Below, piece after piece: positions 41,451 through 49,885 of a DNA stretch of 64,000 nt (positions are counted from its first letter, which is position 1; each line of letters starts with the position of its first letter). The stretch is from assembly GCA_963749495.1 (NCBI GenBank), contig CAVVMW010000007.1, positions 64,001 through 128,000 on the forward strand, given 5' to 3'. This DNA is from an uncultured bacterium (GTDB lineage: Bacteria > Verrucomicrobiota > Verrucomicrobiia > Limisphaerales > UBA8199). The translations under genes and the position numbers were made by a program. The notes beneath the pieces are model-generated. The model made no database searches and had not been told where the DNA came from. It was given only the letters and a program-made list of their open reading frames with translations.

Positions 41451-41797
41451 ATGACTCGCAAGCATATTAGAGAGCAAGCGGCGCGGTACGCAAAGTATGT
41501 GGAGTGGAGCGATGAAGACCGGTGCTTCATTGGCCGTTGTCCCGGTCTTTTCTTGGGCGGTGTGCATGGCAGCGATGAAGCCGCTGTCTATAAGGAGTTG
41601 TGCGAAACCGTGGAGGAGTGGATTGAACTGCTCGACAAGGACGGGAGCCGCTCCCGAACCCGCTGGAGGGCAAAAAATTCAGCGGCAGGTTCGTGGTGCG
41701 TCTCGAGCCCGCCCTGCATCGCCGGCTTGCGGCCAAAGCCCTCGCCGCGGGCGAGAGCCTCAATAGCTACTGCGCCCAGGCACTGTCAAAGGCCTGA
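41451..41797 (+). pseudogene. hicB: HicB-family antitoxin, frameshifted near 41645; no hicA partner
   Basis: 'YVEWSDEDRCFIGRCPGL..GVHG' then +1 frame 'KKFSGRFVVRLEPALHRRLAAKALAAGESLNSY'. Confidence 0.8.
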
Positions 41798-41856
41798 GGC
41801 ACGTCCTTTTTCATTGAGTCCTTGGGGCCTGTTCCCGTAGGCTATGCTCCCGCAAC

Positions 41857-44800
41857 ATGTCAAAACTGATCTGCTCCAGCGCCATCGAGGGCGCGATCGG
41901 CTGGGTTGCCAGGGCCGAGGCGAAGCTCGATGAAGCCATCGCGGCCAAGGGCGAAGGGTGCGCCGCCGGGTTCCCGGAGACGGCTTATTACCTGCCGGTG
42001 ATTTATTCGTTCACGGGCGAGAAGGCGCGGACGCTGGGGGACCTGCGGGGGATTCTGAGGCGGGCCAAGGCGCTGCTGCCGGAGCGGCCCTCGGACAAGG
42101 TCTGGCTGCCCTACCTGGGCAAGGCGCTGGATGCGGGCGTGGCGGCGCTCTTTGCCTGCGAGGTAATCGAGGCCTGCAAATACGCGGTGGGGCCAAACCC
42201 GGTCGAGGGCATCTGGCTGGGCGCCGCCAGCGACGTCATCATGCGCGAACGCGGCATCGAATTCGTCGATGGCACGGCCCCGGGTTTTGCGGCGGTGACC
42301 GGCGCGGCGCCGACCAATGAGATTGCGGTCAAGCTCGCCCGCGAGCTGCAGCAGAAGAATCTCTACGTTTTCATGGGCGGCTGCACCAATGGCAGGCACT
42401 TCGCCGAGCAACTGGCCCAGGAAGGGGTGCAGCTTGGCTGGCCGACGCGGCTGGTCCCCTTTGGCCGCGATGTGTCGGCCCTGATTTACGCCCTTGGCTT
42501 CGCCAACCGCGCGGCCCTCTCGTTCGGCGGGGTCAAGCCCGGCGATTTCGCCGCCAACCTGAGATACAACAAGAACCGGATCTTCGCCTTCGTGCTGGCC
42601 CTGGGCGAGGTCACGCCCGACAAGTACGCGGCGGCAGCGGGGGCCATCAACTATGGCTTCCCCGTCATCGCGGACACCGACATTCCACAGATCCTCCCGA
42701 CGGGCGTCTGCACCTACGAGCACGTGGTGTCGCGAGTGCCCCATGACACGATGGTCGAGAGGGCCCTGGAGGTGCGCGGGTGCAAGGTCAGGATTGCCAA
42801 GGTGCCCATCCCGGTCCCTTACGGCCCGGCCTTCGAGGGCGAACGGATTCGCAAGGCGGACACGCACGTCGAGTTCGGCGGCAACCGGACCACCGCCTTC
42901 GAGTTTGTGACCATGGCCGACCTGGACCAGATCAAGGATGGCGAGATCGAGGTCATCGGCCCGGACATCGATGCGCTAGAGGCGGAGTCGGCGCTGCCGC
43001 TGGCGATCTGGGTCGAGGCGGCGGGCCGCAAGATGCAGCCGGATTTCGAGCCGATCCTCGAGCGCCAGATCCACCACCTGCTCAACGGCGCGCAAGGCAT
43101 CTGGCACATGGGCCAGCGCGACATCGTCTGGACCCGCGTCTCCAAGAGCGGCTTTGCCAAGGGCCTGCGCCTGCGCCATTACGGCGAAATCCTTCACGCC
43201 AAACTCCTCTCGGACTACCCCGCCATCGTGGACAAGGTCAAGGTCACCCTCATCACGGACGCCCAAGAGGTGCAGCGCCGCCTGATTGTGGCGCGCAAGA
43301 CCTACGACGAACGCAACCGCCGCCTCGAGACCATGACCGACGAGTCGGTCGATACGTTCTATTCCTGCCTGCTTTGCCAGTCGTTTGCCCCCAACCACGT
43401 CTGCGTCATCACCCCGGAGCGGCTCGGCCTGTGCGGCGCCTACAACTGGCTGGACGGCAAGGCCGCTTACGAGATCGACGAGACCGGCCCCAACAAGCCC
43501 ATCCAGAAGGGCCAATGCCTCGACCCGGTGCGCGGGGTCTGGAAAGGGGTCAACGACTATGTCTATCCCAATAGCCACAAGAGCGTTGACTCCTTTTCCG
43601 CCTACTCGATCATGGACCATCCCATGACCAGTTGCGGTTGCTTCGAGGTCATTTGCGCTTATGTCCCCGAGTGCAACGGCGTCATGGCGGTCAATCGGGA
43701 GTTCCTGGGCGACACGCCCGCGGGCATGACCTTCTCGACGCTGGCCGGGAGCGTGGGCGGCGGCCAGCAGACGCCCGGGTTCATGGGCTGCGGCAAGGTG
43801 TTCCTGACCTCCAAAAAATTCCTCCTGGCCGAAGGCGGCCACCGGCGCCTGATCTGGATGCCCAAAGAACTCAAGGCGCTGCTGGCGCAAGACCTAAAGC
43901 AACGCTTCCAGGAACAGGGCGCGCCCGGCCTGCTGGACCGGATCGCCGACGAGACCGTCGCCGCCGACCCCAAACAGATCCGCGCCTTCATGGAGAAGGT
44001 TGGCCACCCGGCGCTGACGATGCCCGATCTGGGCGAGGGAGGAGAGGTTGTGGCCATGGCCCCGGCCGCGGCGCCCGAGAGCCCGGCGGCTCCGGAGACA
44101 AGCGCACCGGGGACGACTGAGCCCGCGACCACTCGCGCGGGCGAGACGCCTGCGCCGCCCCACACGCCCAGCCCCGCCCAGGCGCCTGCGCAACCGCACG
44201 CGCCCACCGCCCACACGCGTCTGGCGGCCCTGACCGCCTTCAAGCCCCGCCAGGAACGCTCTGAAATCCCCGTGTGTACCGTCAAGCTCGGCGCCTTGCA
44301 CACGCAAGCCGGCACGCGCGGACGCATCTGCGTCGTCGGCGGCTCGACCGCGATGCCGTTCCATCTTTGGGAAGGCCGGATGCCTCATCGCCCGCTGGTT
44401 GCCATGGAGGTCTTTGACGCGGTCAGCGAGAAATACCCGCGGGTGCTGCGCGAGATCTATGGCGGCTTGCTCGGCCGCCCGGCCGAGATGGCCAAGGCCT
44501 GTGTCGAGAAATACGGCGCCGATTTGATCAGCGTTCGGCTCGAGGGCACGCACCCGGAGAAAGGAAACCGCTCGCCGGACGAGGCGGTGGCGGTGGTCAA
44601 GTCGGTGCTTGCATCGGTGGATGTGCCGTTGATCGTGACCGGGCACAGCCATTTCGACAGGAACAACCAGGTGCTCAAGGCGGTGGCGGCGGCCTGTGCC
44701 GGGGAGAACCTGCTGCTGAACTGGGTCGAGCAGAATAATTACCGCACCATCGCCGGAGCGGCCTTGGGCTACGGCCATTGCGTCGTGGCCCAAAGCCCGA

Positions 44801-45198
44801 TCGATGTCAACCTGGGCAAGCAGATGAACATTCTGCTGACCAACATGGGTCTCAAGCGCGAGCAGATCGTGATGGACCCCCTGACCGGGGCGATGGGTTA
44901 CGGCATCGAATACACCTATTCGGTGATGGAGCGAATCCGGCTCACCGGGCTGGGCGGCGACCCGATGCTGGCCCAGCCCATGATCGTCTGCCCTGGCCAG
45001 GAGTGCGCCAAGGTCAAGGAGCTGCGCGCCACCCAAAAGGAGATGCCCGATTGGGGTGACCTGGCCCGGCGCGCGGCGCTGTGGGAATTGACCACCGCCA
45101 CCGCCCTGCTTTACGCGGGCGCCGACATCCTGGTCCTGTACCACCCCGAGGCCGTCGCCGCCCTCCACCGCGCCATTGCCCGGCTCATGGACCAATGA
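41857..45198 (+). CDS. acsB: Acetyl-CoA synthase (AcsB) fused to the corrinoid Fe-S protein small subunit (AcsD)
   Basis: A-cluster 'CLLCQSFAPNHVCVITPERLGLCG' and 'TSCGCFE'; AcsB end 'GHPALTMPDL'; Pro/Ala linker; AcsD 'SPIDVNLGKQMN', 'GYGIEYTYSVMERIRL', 'GADILVLYHP'. Confidence 0.93.
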   Translation: MSKLICSSAIEGAIGWVARAEAKLDEAIAAKGEGCAAGFPETAYYLPVIYSFTGEKARTLGDLRGILRRAKALLPERPSDKVWLPYLGKALDAGVAALFACEVIEACKYAVGPNPVEGIWLGAASDVIMRERGIEFVDGTAPGFAAVTGAAPTNEIAVKLARELQQKNLYVFMGGCTNGRHFAEQLAQEGVQLGWPTRLVPFGRDVSALIYALGFANRAALSFGGVKPGDFAANLRYNKNRIFAFVLALGEVTPDKYAAAAGAINYGFPVIADTDIPQILPTGVCTYEHVVSRVPHDTMVERALEVRGCKVRIAKVPIPVPYGPAFEGERIRKADTHVEFGGNRTTAFEFVTMADLDQIKDGEIEVIGPDIDALEAESALPLAIWVEAAGRKMQPDFEPILERQIHHLLNGAQGIWHMGQRDIVWTRVSKSGFAKGLRLRHYGEILHAKLLSDYPAIVDKVKVTLITDAQEVQRRLIVARKTYDERNRRLETMTDESVDTFYSCLLCQSFAPNHVCVITPERLGLCGAYNWLDGKAAYEIDETGPNKPIQKGQCLDPVRGVWKGVNDYVYPNSHKSVDSFSAYSIMDHPMTSCGCFEVICAYVPECNGVMAVNREFLGDTPAGMTFSTLAGSVGGGQQTPGFMGCGKVFLTSKKFLLAEGGHRRLIWMPKELKALLAQDLKQRFQEQGAPGLLDRIADETVAADPKQIRAFMEKVGHPALTMPDLGEGGEVVAMAPAAAPESPAAPETSAPGTTEPATTRAGETPAPPHTPSPAQAPAQPHAPTAHTRLAALTAFKPRQERSEIPVCTVKLGALHTQAGTRGRICVVGGSTAMPFHLWEGRMPHRPLVAMEVFDAVSEKYPRVLREIYGGLLGRPAEMAKACVEKYGADLISVRLEGTHPEKGNRSPDEAVAVVKSVLASVDVPLIVTGHSHFDRNNQVLKAVAAACAGENLLLNWVEQNNYRTIAGAALGYGHCVVAQSPIDVNLGKQMNILLTNMGLKREQIVMDPLTGAMGYGIEYTYSVMERIRLTGLGGDPMLAQPMIVCPGQECAKVKELRATQKEMPDWGDLARRAALWELTTATALLYAGADILVLYHPEAVAALHRAIARLMDQ

Positions 45199-45226
45199 GA
45201 ACCACACCCGCTAGAAAGACGCTCCC

Positions 45227-46579
45227 ATGGCTCTGACCGGACTGCAAATACAGAAACTGCTTCCCGGCACCAACTGCAAGGAGTGCGGCTCCAATACCTG
45301 CCTGGCATTCGCCATGAAGCTGGCGGCCAAAAAGGCCGAACTGGCCCAGTGCCCTTATGCGTCCGAGGAGGCCAAGCGCGTCCTGGGCGCCGCCAGCGAA
45401 CCGCCCGTCCGTTGCGTCGAACTGGGTCCGGACCGCCGGCTCAAGCTGGGCGGCGAGGTGGTGCTCTACCGTCACGAGAAGACCTTTGTGCACCAGACCG
45501 CGCTGGCGCTCAACATTGAGGACACCGAGCCGCCCGCGAGCATCGAGGCCAAACTCAACACCGTCGCCGATTATTGCCTGGAGCGGGTCGGGGAAGAGCT
45601 GCGGTTGGACATGGTGGCTCTGACGCAGCGCGGCGCCGATGCCCGGGGCTTTGCCGAGTTGGCAGCCCGGGCTTACAGCCGGACCAAGCGGCCTCTGGTG
45701 CTGCGCAGTCCGGACGCGGGCGCCCTGGCCTGTGCGGCGGCCGCGGTCCGGGGCAGCCGCAGTCTCCTTTGCGCCCCATCACCCGAGGCGGCCCCCCAAC
45801 TCGCGCGCGTGTCCAAGGAAAACGGCCACGCCCTGGCCCTCACCGCCCCCGACCTGGATCGGCTCATGGCCCTGACGGCGGAGATTAAAGCGCAAGGGTT
45901 CAACGACCTCGTCCTGCAGTTCACCGATTTCTCCCTGGCCGAGCGGTTCCAGACCAACTCGCTGGCGCGCCGCGCCGCGCTCAAGGACGCGCTCAAACCG
46001 CTGGGCTACCCGACGCTGCGCTTCGTGGACTCCGGCAACGTCCTGGACGACACCATCGAGGCGGTCACCGAACTGGCCAAGTACGGCGGCATCTGCGTCC
46101 TGCCCCAATTCGACACGGCGCAGATGGCCGCGCTCATGACCCTGCGCCTGAACCTCTACACCGATCCCCAGAAGCCGATCCAGGTCGAGCCCAAGGCCTA
46201 TTCGATTGGCGAACCCAAGCCGGATTCGCCGGTCTTTGTCACGACCAATTTCTCGCTCACTTACTTCATTGTCTCCGGTGAAATCGAGAACTGCGGCCTG
46301 AGCGCCTGGCTGGTCGTGCCCGAGTGCGAGGGCCTGAGCGTCCTCACCGCCTGGGCGGCCGGCAAGTTCTCCGGGGCCGGCATTGCCAAATTCATCAAGG
46401 GCATCGGCCTGGAGCAGCAGGTGAGCCGCCGCGACCTGGTCATCCCGGGATACGTCGCCCAAATCAGCGGCGAACTCGAAGAGAACCTGCCGGGTTGGAA
46501 GGTCATCGTGGGCCCCCAGGAGGCGGCCGACATCGAGAGCTTTGTCAAAAACCGCCTGCAGGTGACGAATGACGAATGA
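45227..46579 (+). CDS. acsC: Corrinoid iron-sulfur protein large subunit
   Basis: 'LPGTNCKECGSNTCLAFA..CPY', 'YTDPQKP', 'TTNFSLTYF', 'GLSVLTAWAAGKF'. Confidence 0.96.
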   Translation: MALTGLQIQKLLPGTNCKECGSNTCLAFAMKLAAKKAELAQCPYASEEAKRVLGAASEPPVRCVELGPDRRLKLGGEVVLYRHEKTFVHQTALALNIEDTEPPASIEAKLNTVADYCLERVGEELRLDMVALTQRGADARGFAELAARAYSRTKRPLVLRSPDAGALACAAAAVRGSRSLLCAPSPEAAPQLARVSKENGHALALTAPDLDRLMALTAEIKAQGFNDLVLQFTDFSLAERFQTNSLARRAALKDALKPLGYPTLRFVDSGNVLDDTIEAVTELAKYGGICVLPQFDTAQMAALMTLRLNLYTDPQKPIQVEPKAYSIGEPKPDSPVFVTTNFSLTYFIVSGEIENCGLSAWLVVPECEGLSVLTAWAAGKFSGAGIAKFIKGIGLEQQVSRRDLVIPGYVAQISGELEENLPGWKVIVGPQEAADIESFVKNRLQVTNDE

Positions 46580-46739
46580 CGAATGACGAATGACGAATGC
46601 CTCGGATCTGCAGTGCTCGTCCCTTTTGTCCTCTCCATGAGCCTCCGAAGCCCGCAAGGTTTTGGACTGCGGCAGTCCTCTGCCGCTTTCGCATCCCCCG
46701 GACTCCAAAGAGCGGCAGAGGACTGCCGCAGTCCAAAAC
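46567..46739. repeat. (GAATGAC)4 plus REP-like hairpin family A between acsC and acsV
   Basis: The heptamer array contains the acsC stop; hairpin arms at 46659-46689 and 46711-46739. Confidence 0.88.
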
Positions 46740-46856
46740 GCTGCGCGGCCTCGCAGCCCCTATCCGGTTCATGGTCCCAGCGCATTTGCGCAAGCCGAAG
46801 AGGGCTTTCCATGAGCCCGAACGCTCGTGTTATCAGGATGACCCCAGACCCTAACT

Positions 46857-48767
46857 ATGCCGAACATTGAGTTTCTGCCGTCCGGGAGGAGGGTCCACGT
46901 TGCGCCGGAGACCCGGTTGCTGGATGCGGCCCGGCGGGCGGGCATCGAACTGGAGTCGCCCTGCGGGGGCGAGGGGACTTGCGGCAAGTGCCTGGTGCGG
47001 GTGGCCCGGGGACGGGTCAATTCGCTGAGCCCCGGCCTGTTGCCCGAGGAGGCCATCGCCCAGGGCAAGGTCCTGTCGTGCGTCACGTTTATTCTCGATG
47101 AAGACGTGACGGTCGAGGTGCCGCTGCAAGGCGGACTGGAGGGGGGACAATTCGCACCCGAAAACGAGATGCACCGGGTTAGGCAGGGGCTGTTGCCACG
47201 GCCCGATCAATTCGATCCCGTGGCCGTGAAGCGGTGCCTGCAGGTGGCCCCGCCCGCGGCCGGCAACGGATTGTCGGACCTGGACCGGCTCACCCGCGCC
47301 ATCCAGCAGGAGGCAGGCAAGCAGCCGGTCGAATACGCGGTGGCGATCATGCGGCACGTGGCGGAGGCCTTGCGCGCCGCCCAAGGGCGAGTGACGGCGA
47401 CGCTGTCGCGCTGCCCCGGCCGGGTCGAGGTCATCCGCCTGGAACCGGGCGACACGACCCACCGGCACTATGCCGTGGCGGTGGACGTTGGCACGACGAC
47501 GGTAGCAGTGCAACTGATTGATTTGGCTGCGGCCCAGGTCATGGCCGCGCGCAGCGATTACAACGACCAGGTCGCCTGCGGCCTCGATGTGATCAGCCGC
47601 ATCAATTACGCGCGCAGCCCCGAGCGGCTGGAGGAACTGCGCCGGCGCGTCCTGGGGACCATTCAGCGGCTGATCGGCCAGGCGGCGGCAAGCCAGGGCG
47701 TGGACGCATCCGGCATCTCCAACGCGGCGGTGAGCGGCAACACCGTGATGACTCATTTGCTGCTGGGCCTGAACCCGGAGCACTTGCGCCTGGCCCCCTA
47801 TACGCCGACCCTGCTCGAGGTCCCCCTCCTGCGCGATGCCGAGGTTGGCCTGGGCATCAATCCCCAGGCCCGCATCCATTTCTCCCCGTGCGTGGGCAGC
47901 TACGTCGGCGGCGACATCACCGCCGGAATCCTCTGCACGGACCTGGCCACGGCGTCCGAGGAACTCAACCTGTTCATCGATATCGGCACCAACGGCGAGA
48001 TCGTGCTGGGCAACGCCCGGTTTTTGATGACCTGCGCCTGCTCGGCGGGCCCGGCCTTCGAGGGCGGCGGCATCAAGTGCGGCATGCGCGCCTCGACGGG
48101 CGCCATCGACAAGGTCCGCATCGACCCGGCCACCGGCGTAGCGGCCTGGGACACGGTCGGCAACGCGCCGCCCCGCGGCATCTGCGGCTCCGGGATGATC
48201 GACCTGGTGGCCGGCCTGTTCCGCGCCGGCTGGCTCGATGCCGCCGGCAAGTTCGACCGCGCGCGCCCCTGCCCCGCCATCCGCGCCCAAGGGCGCCGCT
48301 CCACTTATACCCTCGTCCCCGCCGGGCAGAGCGCCGCCGGCAAGCCGATTTTGGTCACGGAACTCGATATCGAAAACATCATCCGCACCAAGGCCTCGGT
48401 CTATTCCGCCTGCGCCCTGATGCTCAAACAGGTGGGGCTGGGCTTTGACGGCCTGCGCCGCGTCTATATCGCAGGCGGGTTCGGCCGGTTCCTGGACCTG
48501 GAAAATGCCACGACGCTGGGCCTGCTGCCCAACCTGCCGCGCGACAAGTTCCACTACCTGGGCAATGCCTCGCTCATGGGCTCTTACATGGTGGCCGTCT
48601 CCCGTGAATTCCAGCAGCGGCAATTGCAACTGGCCCGCCGGATGACCTATCTCGAACTCAACACCGACCCCGCTTACATGGAGCAGTACACCGGCGCCCT
48701 GTTCCTGCCCCACACGGACCCGGCGCGGTTTCCTTCCGTGAGGGCCCGCAGGCGGAATGACGAATGA
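46857..48767 (+). CDS. acsV: Reductive activator of CoFeSP (RACo; 2Fe-2S plus ASKHA ATPase)
   Basis: 'CGGEGTCGKC', 'DVGTTT', 'GLDVISRI', 'YVGGDITAG', 'DIGTNGE', 'GPAFEGG', 'GICGSG', 'AGGFG'. Confidence 0.93.
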   Translation: MPNIEFLPSGRRVHVAPETRLLDAARRAGIELESPCGGEGTCGKCLVRVARGRVNSLSPGLLPEEAIAQGKVLSCVTFILDEDVTVEVPLQGGLEGGQFAPENEMHRVRQGLLPRPDQFDPVAVKRCLQVAPPAAGNGLSDLDRLTRAIQQEAGKQPVEYAVAIMRHVAEALRAAQGRVTATLSRCPGRVEVIRLEPGDTTHRHYAVAVDVGTTTVAVQLIDLAAAQVMAARSDYNDQVACGLDVISRINYARSPERLEELRRRVLGTIQRLIGQAAASQGVDASGISNAAVSGNTVMTHLLLGLNPEHLRLAPYTPTLLEVPLLRDAEVGLGINPQARIHFSPCVGSYVGGDITAGILCTDLATASEELNLFIDIGTNGEIVLGNARFLMTCACSAGPAFEGGGIKCGMRASTGAIDKVRIDPATGVAAWDTVGNAPPRGICGSGMIDLVAGLFRAGWLDAAGKFDRARPCPAIRAQGRRSTYTLVPAGQSAAGKPILVTELDIENIIRTKASVYSACALMLKQVGLGFDGLRRVYIAGGFGRFLDLENATTLGLLPNLPRDKFHYLGNASLMGSYMVAVSREFQQRQLQLARRMTYLELNTDPAYMEQYTGALFLPHTDPARFPSVRARRRNDE

Positions 48768-48828
48768 CGAATGGATTCCGCAATCCGATTGATAGGAATC
48801 CATAATAGGCGATTGCTCTTGATTCCGC

Positions 48829-48856
48829 TTGACACGTGTATCATTCTTGATACGTT
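48829..48856 (+). promoter_or_regulatory. Promoter TTGACA-N16-TACGTT with an overlapping palindromic operator
   Basis: GTATCA-TTCT-TGATAC at 48838-48853, as expected for an autoregulated TA promoter. Confidence 0.6.
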
Positions 48857-48861
48857 AGAAC

Positions 48862-48950
48862 GTGAATGAACTCAGAGCTTCCACGCGCGGTGGTCTTTTT
48901 CCGGACGGAGACCGGCAACGAGCCGGTGCGGGAATGGCTCAAGGTCCAAC
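48862..48950 (+). pseudogene. N-terminal stub of a RelE/ParE (gp49-like) toxin
   Basis: 'VVFFRTETGNEPVREWLK' in an alternative frame; remainder absent. Confidence 0.65.
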
Positions 48951-48951
48951 T

Positions 48952-49242
48952 ATGAGCCATCGAACCCATCGCGGAAGTGACTTGCGGGAATTCTTGAAGG
49001 AGGAGGGTGTGCTTGAGGAAGTGGAAGCCCGGGCCTTCAAGCGCGCGATTGCCCTGCAGTTGGAGCGCCTGCGCCAGGAGCAGTCGATGAGCAAATCGAC
49101 CTTGGCGGCGCGCATGAACACCAGCCGGGCCGCCGTGGACCGCTTGTTGGACGCCTCGAATCCCTCGTTGACCCTCATTACCCTTGGGAAAGCAGCGCGC
49201 GTCCTAAAACGGAAGCTCAAGGTTGAACTTGTTGCGGCCTGA
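48952..49242 (+). CDS. XRE/HTH antitoxin (HigA-like)
   Basis: 'HRGSDLREFLKEEG..KRAIALQL..SKSTLAARMNTSRAAVDRLLD..SLTLITLGKAA'. Confidence 0.85.
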   Translation: MSHRTHRGSDLREFLKEEGVLEEVEARAFKRAIALQLERLRQEQSMSKSTLAARMNTSRAAVDRLLDASNPSLTLITLGKAARVLKRKLKVELVAA

Positions 49243-49885
49243 AGCGGATCGCTAGTGCCCTGTCCACTAAATCCTTTTAGGGCATGACATTGAAGGGATT
49301 ATGCCAGCTCCACAACGGATTCGGGGGCGAGGGGATTGCGGGCAGAAGCTTATCGAATGGGTCAACCATGGTTCAGCTACCACAAAGCAGCAGAAGGGTG
49401 AGGCAGGGGGGCAAGTTTGGGAAATCCTGCCGGGCGAAACTGGCAACCCTGGAACATCACCAGTCTATTCAGAAGAAGTTGACGCAACCTTCTTCCGGCA
49501 TAGAATACGCTCATGATTTCACACCGAACGGCGTTACTCACCTGGATATACGTCACCACCGCTGTTGCCGGTCACTCGGCCGTCCCGGCGGATTATCAGG
49601 GCAAGCCAAAAGATTGTTCTGGTCAATCTCAGCCAAAGTTGTATGAAGGCACACGGGGAAAGGCGACTTGGGCTTTCTCCAGCATTGGGAATTATGAGCA
49701 ATAATGCTGAGTTTCTTCAAAACTTCTCAGGAGGATTATGATTACACATCGATCGTTTGCGTGGCATCCTCTGGAGCCGACCCACAATCAATTCGTTGTA
49801 GCCCGCGCAGCGGCAATCAATCTGTGGGGGGCGCAAGAACGCAATATATTATCCGTAATCCTGAAACAATCCAACAACAATAGTT

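Noticed and set aside
36272..48767. Proof of autotrophy or acetogenesis
   Set aside because: No acsE, methyl-branch, hydrogenase or Rnf/Ech genes in this window; cannot be concluded from it
48862..49242. 126-aa XRE protein as a single gene
   Set aside because: The first ~30 codons are an out-of-frame toxin stub; the antitoxin starts at ATG 48952
49260..49880. Lower-GC stretch as an ncRNA or riboswitch
   Set aside because: No convincing structure; appears to be small gene scraps plus promoter DNA
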